A stretch of DNA of 64,000 bases from Malacoraja senta. Taxonomy: Eukaryota. Location: the NCBI GenBank assembly GCA_038087875.1, contig CM075977.1:341062001-341126000 (forward strand), given 5' to 3'. Within the stretch, counting starts at the first letter, position 1. Each line of letters begins with the position of its first letter. Below the pieces are notes generated by a model. It was not told the DNA's origin. It saw only the letters and a list, made by a program, of their open reading frames with translations, and searched no databases. A program made the translations under genes and the position numbers. Below are positions 25,754-37,899 of the stretch, piece after piece.

Positions 25754-27640
25754 TCAACAACGACTTGTGTTTGGGTATCCTCCAAACTGGTTGTACCACC
25801 ATGCCGAGAACAAGCGGGTACCATCAGGGACTACCAGAATGCCAGAGGCAGAGTCCTGTTGAATCTTTTGCAGACAGCGAGTGACAAGGCAGAATGGGGG
25901 GAATGCGTAGAAAAACATTCCTCCCCAATGTAGCGAGAATGCGTCTGCAGCTACAGCCCCTGGGTCTGGTTCCCACGAAACATAGTTAGGTAACTGATGG
26001 TTTAACCTTGAAGCGAACAAATCCATATCCGGTGTTCCGTACCTAGAAATAATGTTCTTAAATACTCTACGATTCAACATCCATTCTGTGTTGTCATTGA
26101 ATTTACATGACCTGGTGTCCGCCACTGTGTTGAATCTACCTGGTAGGTAGATTGCTGAAACCCAAATATTCCGAATAATGCACCAGTGCCAAATGAGGTT
26201 AGCCAATTTATCACAGGATACTGACTTGATACCACCCATGTGATTTATGTAAGCTACAGCAGTAGTATTATCTATCTGTAACTGAACATGCAGCTGCTGC
26301 ATGTGTGCACAATAAGCTTTCAGACCATATAAGGCTGCAAGCAACTCCACAGTTTCTCTCACATTTTCCCCATTCACCTGTAGAAAAGATAGTTCATGCA
26401 CAGTCCATCTGCCACCACAGCTAGAAAGGGTGTCAGTGGCTCCCCAACCTAAAGCACTTGCATCAGTCTGTAATACCATTGAATGGTTTTCAATTGAAAT
26501 ATTGCCAGAACAATGGTCAAGATTGAATATCCACCACTGGAGCTCATCAATTGCCTCAACCGATAATTGCATGGCCCAGTCAAAATGGCCCAAAAATGGT
26601 CAAGATTGAATATCCACCACTGGAGCTCATCAATTGCCTCAACCGATAATTGCATGGCCCTGTCAAAATGGCCCAAATTCCTTTTAAGTGCATGCACCTT
26701 GGATCTTTGCAATTGCTGATAATGAAGAGGACCAAATTTTGCTGCTGGAAATGCAGCAACCAATTTCCCAATTAGACTTGCCACTTGTCGAATTGAAGGC
26801 AGCTGATGTGCAATCATATTGCTGCAGGACTCTATTAACTTCAATCTCTTGCCCTCGGGCAAAGTTGCAACCAGGTGATTGGAGTTAATAGTAAATCCCA
26901 AGTAATCCATGATAGTGGATGGAGTCAACCTGGATTTTACTGGATGAATTAGGAAACCCAACTTTTCAAACACAAACTTAGTGGCTGAAACTGCCGAAAT
27001 AGCTAATTCCATAGTTTTGCCTATGGTGAGGATGTCATCTAGCTAAGCCATCACTATGTGCCCCTGTGCTCGTAAAAGAGCCAGCACAGGTTTTAGTATT
27101 TTAGTGAACAGCCTAGGAGCTGAGGTCAACCCATTAGGCAGGGCTTTAAATTGCCATAACTGCCCCATCCAGCTAAACTTCAGGTACTTCCTGTGTTCCA
27201 TGTGAATAGGGACCGAATAATAAGCATCCTTGAGATCAATACATGCCATATAACACCCCCTGGAAATTAAATGTTTAGCCGTAACAAAGCTTTCCATTTT
27301 GAAATGTTTGTACTGCACAAAAGTGTTTAATTGGGTTAAATCCAATATGATGCGGCACCCCCCATCCTTCTTTTCTCTGGTGAAAATATTGGACACAAAC
27401 TGGTGTGGCTCATGCCTGGTTTTCTCAATTACCCTTTTTTCACACAGTTTCAATTTCAGCCTGGACTTCCAAATCATCCTTTTTTGAACGCAAAAAGGTA
27501 CGGCTTGGAACATGCTGCGTGGGTGGCAACGCGCCAGTAAATTCTATTTTAAACCCTTCAACACTATGCAGTATGAACAAATCAGAAGTTATCCAACGCC
27601 ACTCATGCAAAAAGAAACATAACCTACCACCAACATGCAA
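25754..27640 (-). pseudogene. DIRS pol: RT, RNase H and adenine-methyltransferase-like domain; frameshifted with an in-frame stop
   Basis: RT motifs IDLKDAYYSVP and LPNGLTSAPRLFTK; YLDD reads *LDD (TAG at 27043-27045). RNase H motifs TDAS and DNTTAV. Methyltransferase-like motifs DLFAS and YAFPPF. Confidence 0.9.
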
Positions 27641-27711
27641 TAAATCTACACTCGGTATGTTACAATGTGAACCAGACCCACCTACCTCCGTACTAAATGG
27701 ATTCTGGCCAG

Positions 27712-28903
27712 TTATTTCCTTCCCCGATGTTTGGGGTTTTGTGGTGCTTGTGGACAGTAGCTGCGCATCTTCGTGGTGGCTCGACTCGGTCCTTGCCCTA
27801 AAAAAGACTTCCGTCCGGTTCTTCCCGACCTCATTGGTTGCGCAGACGGTCTTGTGCTGGATACAGGATAAGGCTGGAAATGGCGGAACGACGACGATGA
27901 TGACGGCTTGTTCACTGGTGGAGCCCGAAGAAGCCCCACAGCCTTTGACTCCTCATCGAGGTCTTTCACCTGCCTGGACAGGTCATCCCCAAACAGCAAG
28001 TTTGGTGGCTGCACATTACTAGCTTTGCACAACCCCGCAAACTTGGGGTTGAGAACGGGACGAATGGCATTCTTCCGAAAACAAATCATTTCAAAGTGTG
28101 CATTGCACAACAATGCCATTGCATCCCGCTGCGCATCCGATAATGTGGAGCCATCCAGCGACCTGGCGAAAGCTGTCATACCTGACCCCAGCAGATTCAG
28201 AATTCTCTAGAGCTTCAGTTCTTGGGTCTTAATACCGCTCCCAATGTGGTTCCATATGGAACTATTTACCACCGGTACCTTCAGGGACGCACAGTTGCTG
28301 GGTGCGTGATACCGCATGTTTGTCTCCATAATGACCTGCTCCTGCAGCTGGTGGGAGACCAGATATTTTATACTTGCTGCCAGCTCTTCTTCCAGCGGCT
28401 CTCCAACAAGCGACGGCACCGCAAATTTGGAAATCATTCCGGGTACCTCCGCTTCCCGCGGGTCCCGCATCGAGCGGTCATCCCCACAAGACTCGTCTCC
28501 ACTCCCATCTTCAGATGGGGAGACGTCATGCAGCCCTCCAAGCTGCTGTGGGTCCCCGAGCCCCGCTGTGGTACGACTCCCGACCACGGAGCGTATTTTG
28601 TTGGAGCATTCTCTCCATGAGCTGCTCTACTTGGGAAAGGCGTCCAGCCAACCTTCCCACTCTGGGAGGCGAATCCTCCCGGCCAGACTCTTCCGAGTCT
28701 ACAGGCCAGTTGGACTTGCACTTTGCTTTCCCCCGCGGGGTATGCAAAATGCTGTCCATGGGCACCGAGCCCGAAGTCGCTGGCTGTGCAGCTGGCAGCG
28801 ACCACGATGGTGAAACGGACTGCTGACCGCTGACCGTACTCCCACGGTCCTCCGAAGCGGTTCTCCCAGCAGTCTTATGAGCCTTCACCCTCGCGTTGTC
28901 CAT
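27712..28903 (-). pseudogene. DIRS gag-like ORF1, broken into three pieces
   Basis: ORFs 28526-28903, 28207-28587 and 27712-28179 (PSNCxxLKVPxVNxxIW; LLFGDDL) lie upstream of and abut pol. Confidence 0.75.
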
Positions 28904-29882
28904 CCTGTAACGATAAGAAAAAAAATGTCCACCGCAGCAGACTTTTCATACTCACCTGAGGTCTTTTAAAAGGACCGCTGCTGGAGCTGCGCGCCAGCCA
29001 GCCAGTCAGCGAGCCATGCGTTAGACGTAATGATGCGCATGCGTGCTGACGGGCTCTTCACGTAGTCTCTCACGTGACTCCGAAGTAAAATTTACTATTT
29101 TCTTCGGTCACTATCATCCCCACTTGTACCTTTCAACATCTCTCTGTTATAAACTTTCCCCTTTGTCCTCTCTTCCATTCTTAGTTTTCCCTCCAACAAT
29201 TGTATTCCTCTTTTATCAGTTCTGATGAAAGATCTGAAACTTTAAATCTGTTTCTCTCTCTACAGATGCTGCTTGAATTGCTGAGATTTGTCAAAATTTT
29301 CTGGTCTTAGTTTAAAACTATTGCAAAATATTATTGGTGGTGTAATTGGCCTCTGTCAAAAAAAAATGGCCACAATATGTAGGGAGTAGATGAGAAAGTG
29401 GGATGACATAGAACAAGTGTCAATGAGTACTTGATGGTCGACGAGGACTCAGAGGTCCACAGGGCATGTTTCCACGCTGTATCTCTAAATTAAACAAAGA
29501 ACTATTGCTTGCACAAAAAAAGACATTGTCAACAAATTATCCTTCAGGGTGACTTTGAAGTGGTAATGGAGAAGAACCTTGTTCTACAGTGAGATCCCAT
29601 TTGTCCATAGGAGGTGGCTTGCAACACCAAACCTGATGTATTTGAAAACTCTTTGAAACTTGCGTTTGCTCAGTTCATCTTTCAGGAAACGGGTGTCTGT
29701 GAGTCCGTTCTCAAAGTGAGTCAGCTCACTATGTATACCCTGCTTAATCTGACTCTTTTTCCAGCTGCAGGATCTTTAATTTGCCAAAACCTGAGTTTAT
29801 AATACTGTTGCTAGGGTAAGTCTTTTAGGTTTGTAGGAAGAACCAGCATATCCCAAAGAGGAATAGTCTTTTTGTAATTCTT

Positions 29883-30430
29883 TTGGACTGGAGGCCTGTG
29901 ATTATCTTGACATTCATCAGTCAGGGAATTGAGTATAGAATTTGGGATGGTATGTCACAGTCATGCAAGATATTGGTGAGTCGACACTTGGGGAATTGTG
30001 TTCAATTTCAGTCACCCTGCTGTAGGAAAGATGCCATTAAGCTGGAAAAAGTGCAGAGAAAATGTACAAGGATGTTGCCAGGACTCAAGGGCCTGAGCAA
30101 CAAGGAGAGATTGGACAGGCTAGGACTTAATTCTTTGAGTGTAGGGGACTGATGATGATATTATAGAAGTGTCTAACATCATAAGGGAAATAGATACAGT
30201 GTCTTTACTCCAGGATAGAGGATTCATTTCCTTGAGGGCATATATTTAAGGTTACAGGAGAAAGAGGATGTAGTTGAGGCTGGTAGAATAATAATATTTA
30301 AAATACATTTGGACAGGGATATGGATAGGAAAGGTTCAGAGGGAGATGGGGTAACGTGAGCAAATGGGACTAGCTTTGATGGGGCACCTTGATCGGCATG
30401 GGCGAGTGGGCTGAAGGGCTTATTTTGTGA
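29883..30430 (+). mobile_element. Old CR1 3' fragment
   Basis: Degenerate CR1 ORF2 C-terminus (LEKVQRKCTRMLPGL...ERLDRLGL). Confidence 0.8.
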
Positions 30431-33400
30431 CATATCATCCTATGAGTGTGACTTTAATGTGCAATATACTCAGAGAACTTTTGAATTGTGGTCTATATTG
30501 TAATTTTGATAACCTCTTATTTTGTACTTGAACTTCAGTTACATGCCTGTGCCCCAATCTTCTTGTGAACTTTACCTTCCTCTCCAATCTATTTCCTCTC
30601 TTAGGCAGTTCCTCAGGATCAAGGATGATTTGCTTCCAATCTAGTACTGTGGTTGATGAGGACAATATCAGAGAAGTCCTCAGGTCAGGCTCATGAGTAA
30701 TTTGGGGAGTGATACACTCCTTCTGCCATGTACGTACATATGGCTTTGTGCAATCCAAACAGAAACCGCAGATACTCAATGCCATGTCAAATGCTGATTC
30801 TACCCTTTGACCTGTCAAGAGTCAGGGATTCCCATGAGTTGGTTGCAATGTAATGCATTCTGAAGAAGCCTTGGGGAGCATCCTTACATTTTTTGCTTTG
30901 TCAATGTGGCAATTTCTTGGATAGTGTCTACTTCGAGAGTGTGTTTTGGCCATACAAACAACATGACCTATCCATTAGAGCCAACTAGTGAGGGCATCAG
31001 TATTGGTCAGAAAGAGAATGATAGAGGCGATTAGCTTATCCTTCTTGTGAACTTGGAGAATTTTGCGGGGTTAGCACTGATGGGAGCTCTCCAGTGCTTT
31101 GAGGTTCCATCTAATAGTAGTATATATGACAGAAACTTGCAGGAGGGCAATGATTACTACTAACAATCGTTTATCAGGTGTTTTGAAAACTCCAGTTGTT
31201 CTAGAATCCACAGCTTTGCGGAAAGTTTTTCCAATCTACCAAACTCCTTTCGGATTTCTTTCTGAATGGTGCAACTTTAGTTTTAACATTATATTGCTAT
31301 TATCATTTTTACCATCAGATGGCAAAAAGGTTGTCATATAGCTACTCTATCAAAACTTTATAACATTTTAAATATTTTGTTCAAATATTATTTAACCTAC
31401 TTTTCCAGGGAATATCCATTCTGTCTGCAAAGCCAGTTTAATATCCACTAGTTAATTATAAATAAAATATGTTATAATCAATAAACTCTTTTTAAGATGG
31501 CCAAAAGAACATGTCAAAAGCTTAATACTTTCCCAAGGGACTCCTTTGTATATGGCTTCATTTAAGACATTAGACGACTTAATTTTAATGAATTATTGCC
31601 CAAATTAAAATTCAGATTTCATCAACTACTGGATTTCTGCTTAATTATTGGCTACAAAGTACTATTGTGTTTAAAGAAAGGAAGAACCTGCATACAGATA
31701 GTAGCCTTCAGTTCAATTATAGCACTTTATAATCGTAAATAGCTTTTAAAATGAAGTCAGTGATAAAGCTTTTTAAATGCATATTTAGTTCATCACCATG
31801 TAAAAAGGCCAGATTCATTTTTAATTCTGGACCAACATCAGAAAAGAAAATGTATTACAAATAATTATTTAAATTCATTAAGTACAAACCAAGGAAATTC
31901 TGGCCATGTCTGATACCATATAGTGTAAGCAAGTTGGATATATAGCATAGTGAGATAATTATATTTTACAAATGCTGTATTGGATTCATGTGGAAGTGAA
32001 ATATTTCAATGTATAGAGCAGTATGACTGTCTGGATTCAACTTGCAATGTGAAAGGAAGTTGAATCCAGTGAAAGGAACTGAATCCACGACTAGTTTTAT
32101 TTTCATATTTAAAATATCCTGCAGAATTATTGTTGGCTTGAATTATGCTAGACTTCAAAATGCCCCAAATTAATCAAATGAAGTGTCAAAAAAAATCAAT
32201 ATTTTCAGTGCTGGGGATGACCCAAACCTTGTTAGAAAATAAACCTTGTGCTTTCACATCTCACAACCACTTTCACTCATTTTTAAATTTACTAGCGCTT
32301 CAAAACAGCAACGAAAGACTTTTGGTATTGCCCACTAATAGCAAAAATGACTGAGGTTTAAACACTCCTGCAAGTTAAGTTATGTCAAGTCCATACTTGA
32401 CTGCACTTACAATCTAATTCCTTGTCTTCAGCTGTGAGTAGGAACATATTAGGCGGCTGTTTTTAAACTGTCTGTTTCCTTGGTATTTTGCCAGTTTTAG
32501 CAAAGGATTTCAGAGTAGGAGCCTTATTTTCCCTCATTCTGATTTTGAATTAAGTAATCGTATTTTCCCTTCTTTCTATTTATTATTCTCATGCATCTAC
32601 AGTATATACGTTTTGTATGAAGCACTTTGCGCTTATTGCAATGAACTATTACGCACCATGTCAATGGAAGAAACCAAGTACAATGATGCTTAATAATCCC
32701 CAAACTCCTTAATAAACAAGTACACACCATTAATAATAATGTATTATGAGATGTATTATATGGAAAGCTAATGGAGTGGTTTAAGATGAAGTTCTCTAGC
32801 TCATTGTGTAATGGCAGGAGATAATTGAGAGGTGCTGGCTGTATTTCTAAAAAGCAACCTCTGGCTAAAATGAAGACCAACAAACATAGAACATAAATGT
32901 GCAGTAGGTGGCTTTAATCTTTATTAATGAGATTACTTTGGTGTAATTGGAATTATTTTATATGGATAGAAGTATTCCTTCCTCAAGTGCAACATAAGAG
33001 TAGTTTTTAACATATTCTTAAAATTGCAGTTCATATGTACCCCTATCCCCACAGCCTGAGAAAACAATGCTTTTCTTGGCTGTAGAGTGAAATTATTTAC
33101 CATAAAGTGTGTTCACAAGACCATAATTGAAGCGGTATTTGACGAAAAATCCAGAACAATGAAAGCAGCAATATGTTTAGATCCACTGGAAACAAGATCA
33201 CCAAGATTCTGAATCTGGAGACACAAAATAAGATGCTAGAATGAGTATACAATAATATGCTTGATGTAAAGGTGTTTACAAAGTCAGAGTCAGTTTAACT
33301 GGAACTGAAACATATTTTATTGAACAGGCTAGACGTCTACAAGTGAACTCAAGAGAATTTCTGAAGGCTGAAAAAACGTAGCAATGTAGCTATGGAAAAT

Positions 33401-36019
33401 TGAACTCTTTGTAAGTAAGGTTGTCAAATTTAATGAAGGGAGTGATGGTAAATTTAATACAGTAGTTAAGTGTTTTTTTCATTGAACTATGCACTTCTTA
33501 TTACTTTAGAATATACTGAAGACGGCTTTAAACAGACTTGGCTTCCAATGCTAAATCAAGATCAAATGACACCACCAAAAATATATTTCATGAAGTGGGA
33601 ACTCAGAAAGCAGTAAGACCTATAAGCAGGAAAACATCATAAGGTTTAGATGGTTGGCTATGGAATTTTTACTGGAAAAGTGAGCAACACTTACAAAATT
33701 CCCTAGTCAAAAGAGTGTGGATAGAGGTGGTTTTGGAAACCATTCAAATCCAGTCCTAATGTAATGGAAAATAGAATGCAAATATTTAAACCTTATTTAA
33801 ATTTGTAAATAAAGAACATTTATTTATGTTGAAGTTTTATCTACCACAGGGTTTGCCACATTACTGTCTGTGGCATTAATAAAAATAAATACAGATATTT
33901 CAGTAACAACAACATTTTATACATATCCATTTTCTGCAGAAGTAAAATATTTAATAATGTTGAAAGCTTGATAAAAGTATTATTTTTAAGGAGTATTTGA
34001 AGTGTGGAGAGTCCCCGAAAGTCCAATTTGAAAAAAAATGACAGACTCAAATATCTCAAATGATATTGAATGCCAGACTTTATTTACAACATTTGTTAAA
34101 TGAATTGAATCATTTGTTCCTCAGTTTGAGCACAAGAAAATAGTCAATAGTCTTTTTATTGATAGTATAAACAAAGTATTTTTCAATTTACCTAGGATCC
34201 CAAAAAAACAAAAGATAAACTGTTCATAATGGGTGCTATATAATTTCTTTCAGATCAGAACAAGTGTGCCAACCACATCCATTCTTTTGGAAGAGTTTGT
34301 ATGAGATCCTTGCAGCATGATGTCAATAAATTATTTATTATTCATATTATTTATTAATTTATTTGCATCAGGTACATATGGGAGAATAAGTGCTCACTAC
34401 ATGACAGGTATGTGGTCATTCCATAAGATATTTTCCATTTGCCAGCTTGGTAAAAGCTCCAGTAAAGAATTCCAGGGTTTGCATTTGAAGCAGGTGGACT
34501 TTTGCAGAGGAGCTTAGCCTTTCTTTGAGAATTGTTTTGAAATTGAGCTATATTGGTCATAACCAGCTGCAAGCTTGCTGAAATTAGGATAATTACGTGA
34601 ATGTACCTGGAAATTAGCTTAACTTTTGGTTGATAAAGGTTTTTTCAGAGGTTGCCATTAAACTATTGTCTATTGTCTTCACACAAAATTGAAGCCAGCA
34701 ACTGCAATTGTTGGTTTACATTCAGCATTTTCCTCGAATCTCCTTTCCTTAACGACCAACTTAATTCTGGCTTCCATCTCCTCTCACAGGTTCTTTGAGA
34801 AGACTTCAGTATGGAAGGCAGGCAGGTGGCATCCATGTGAAGGTGGGTCAGTTCCATCCATAGCATATGCCAATGAGGCCAGAGGTCCAAGTTTGGTGAA
34901 TTCCATGCAAACCTCCCATTTTGGGCTTCCGACATGTTTCTGAAATCAGAACTTTCTGCTGTATTCTTTCTAAAAAATTAAAAGGGTTATCTTTTCCATA
35001 CTTTTCTGCAGTGTGCAATTTTTTTCAAAGCATCTATTATTAGTCCACAAATATCCTGCTGGGTTGAATTATTACAGCAAGTTTAGAATAGATGTGAAGT
35101 ATAATTAGTATTGTACTGAAGCTGAATATGTAATCTAATTCTGGATTCAGAGTTTCACCCAGAAGTAAGAATATCAGGAAGATGGAACCTCATCTAATTT
35201 CAGTTTTATACCAATTGGAATGTAAATATCAAACTTGATATGTAAAATCTTGAGCATGTCCTTCAGATTCTTTATATATTTTGTAAATCCATTCCACTTC
35301 AATATAAAACTATAGGAGGTAGAGATTCTCCCATTGTACTCTGTTACAATTAATTCCCTATTTTTTGAGAGACAGCACTGTGCTTGCCTAAATGCAGATA
35401 GAAAGTTCTCTGTGCTTTGCGAAGCATGTAAGTACTTTCACCTGAACCATGATTGCAAACCTTAGCTTCAGCTTAAATCATTCTAAATAAGTCATATTTG
35501 AAAACAGGAGTACAGAGCTTTATTTAAGATTAATATATGTTACAATTTAGTAATTAAGATTAAACTATATTAATTTATAGTCAGGAGAGGAAAATCAAGC
35601 CCCAAGGATTCTGATTAGTAAATACCAAGAAAATGCCACAAAAATGTTCATGTTGAGTTCATATTAAGTTGGAAGGAAATTCCTGAGGGGTGAATCTAGT
35701 TGGCTAAAGCCACAAGGAAAAATGACTGTAGTGCTCAGAGGTTAGAATGAAATAATGGGACTAAATAGGATAGCTGCAAAATAAAAAATGTACACAGTGA
35801 TCAAAATGTCATATGATTCCTAATAAATATAAATTGCCAAGAAGTAGAGAAGCATGAAAGGGCAATGGCCATGAAAATGGATCAGCATATTTACTTTCAT
35901 AGGTGTCTGAAAAGATTCGGCATATCCATGTGGATTCGCTATTCGGCCATGGTGCCTGGTATGGCAACTGTGCTGCTTATGACTGCTTGAATCTGCAGGG
36001 TGCTGAACTTAGTCCAGTC

Positions 36020-36294
36020 TTTTAGTTTAGTTTAGTTTAGTTTAGAGATACAGCGTGGAAACAGGTACTTCCACCTACCAAGTACGTGCCAACCAGCGAT
36101 CACCGTACACTAACACTATCCTACACACTAGGGATAATTTACAATCTTTACCAAAGTCAAATTAACCTACAAATCTGTAGTTTGGGGTGTGGAAGGAAAC
36201 CAGAGCACCCGGGGAAAACCCACGTGGTCATGGGGAGAAGGTACAAACTACGTACAGACAGCATCTGTAGTCAGGATCTGTAGACAGCTACTAT
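36020..36294 (-). mobile_element. tRNA-type SINE (HE1-like); its head resumes at about 37341-37363
   Basis: (AGTTT)n tail, GATACAGCGTGGAAACAGG and GAAAACCCACGTGGTCATGGGGAGAA; the head TGCGCCACCCTGCTGCCC lies after the inserted transposon. Confidence 0.75.
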
Positions 36295-37333
36295 TAGGTA
36301 TGTTACAAAACTTACCTTCAGTCGCGCTGTAATTCTGCCACTGGCCGTGTGCGCGATTTTGGCGCCTTTAAGGGGGGGCAGGGTTAAAACGCGGGTTTCT
36401 CCTCCCTTGTCATGGTTAATATTTTGTTGGAGTACAAGCCTTGGCTGAAAAATCGTTCTTACCGGCGTTTTGTGAATTAAAAAAAAAAATTAAATCGTCA
36501 ATGTCAGTGCTAGAGTAATTTTAAAAGCAGCTCCTGAAGCGTCAACGCCAATAACGGGGACGGATTTCACACACGGGACAGGTAAACGAAAGTGGTTTCT
36601 TTAAATGTATAAAAGTGCTTCTTAAGAAGCATTTAATTCACATTTTTTCATGCGACACGGTGATTTTATTCCCCGAATTAACGGCAGTATTTTTCATGCC
36701 AATACGGGGTTAAATTCACCGCAAATGAACGTTCCAAAAGATCGCGTTCCAGAAATCCTCACTCGCAAGATTAATTAAATCCCCATTAATTTACAGGTAT
36801 TAAACATTCAATTCCTTCCATTTGGCCTGTAAATTCATGAAAATTAGATATAAAAATTGTTATATTGTGAATTATTGTGTGAATGTTATTTGGACACTTA
36901 GGCTATTTAAAAATGTTAATCTATTCTTAAGAAATTGATAGATGTTTAGATCTAGTAATTGAATTTTGTAATTAGCTACAATTAGGTAACTAACTAATTA
37001 TATGCTTTACTTTCATGTCTTCGAAGTAAGATTGTTTCATATTTGTTTCAGAATGCTTCAATCTATAATAACTGAAAATTTCCTTCAGTTATCATAATTT
37101 TTAAGAAAGTTATGGGCTTTTAACTGTCCTCAATCACAGCTTTTGTGTTAAGTCAATGGAAAAGCAATAGGGAACTAGATGCTAATTTCTGAGTATGATA
37201 ATGGCCATAGCTTTTTTAATACTGAAGATATGAAAGTGAATTAAGTGTCAAATTAAACTTCTTTTTATGCTTTATCTGATGGGATAAATTGCAGACTTTA
37301 TATTTAAAATCTCAAAATTTTGTAACATTGCTA
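36295..37333. mobile_element. Non-autonomous DNA transposon with 16-bp TIR and 7-bp TSD
   Basis: TIRs TAGGTATGTTACAAAA and TAGCAATGTTACAAAA (rc). CTACTAT duplicated at 36288-36294 and 37334-37340. A second copy starts at 63811. Confidence 0.85.
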
Positions 37334-37899
37334 CTACTATACCAATGCGCCACCCTGCTGCCCCTCACATCATACGTTTGTCACTTCTTTCCATCCAGTC
37401 CATCTTCATGGTGCATTATATCAGGAAGCTGGGAAGTATCGTTGAAGATGCTTGCTAGCCTGGCCATTACCTTACTTCTACCTTGTGGGAGAAGATACAG
37501 AAAGCACGTATATCTAGACTTAAGAATAACCTCTTCACCTCTGCCAACAGACTCCTTAACAAAACACAGGAGCTTGAAAGCACGTACACCTAGACTTAGG
37601 ACCAACTTCTCCACCTCTGCTAACAGACTCCTCAACCCCTTCCCAGAGATGCTGCGATGTACTCTTACTCTTAACTCTACCTCATTCAGTTATTCTGTTA
37701 TTGAACCTTAGTTTTATTTTTACATTGCTTCAGATTGCATTGCATTCTTTGCACCATTCAACTGTTTTACATTAGACATTGTATTTATTGTTATATCTAT
37801 CATTACCATGTACTGTATATTGTTTACTGTATAAGCTTCATGTGAACAAGGAATCCCATTGCATCCTGATGTATATGACAGTGAACTAACCTGAATCTG

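Larger units (their letters stand above)
24220..29090 (-). mobile_element. DIRS1-type tyrosine-recombinase retrotransposon, full length, inactivated
   Basis: Order gag, RT, RNase H, methyltransferase-like domain, YR. Perfect 34-bp ITR at 24291-24324 and 29031-29064. Internal complementary region 24441-24553 is complementary to both termini. No TSD. Confidence 0.93.
15700..29310 (+). mobile_element. Ancient Penelope-like element (RT plus GIY-YIG), split by nested insertions
   Basis: Residual pieces at about 15700-15976, 18507-18893, 19872-20472, 22883-23586, 23981-24219 and 29091-29310 read in order as a decayed PLE ORF (ELVLxLN, IPxSQFL, VPLVxTFH, RLGDRFA, EEQH-like segments). They end in a CTGATGA..GAAAC hammerhead remnant at 29222-29240. 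Confidence 0.65.

Noticed and set aside
24717-26593. Phage integrase plus DNA methyltransferase as bacterial contamination or horizontal transfer
   Set aside because: Both are standard DIRS1 domains and lie within the element's ITR/ICR boundaries.
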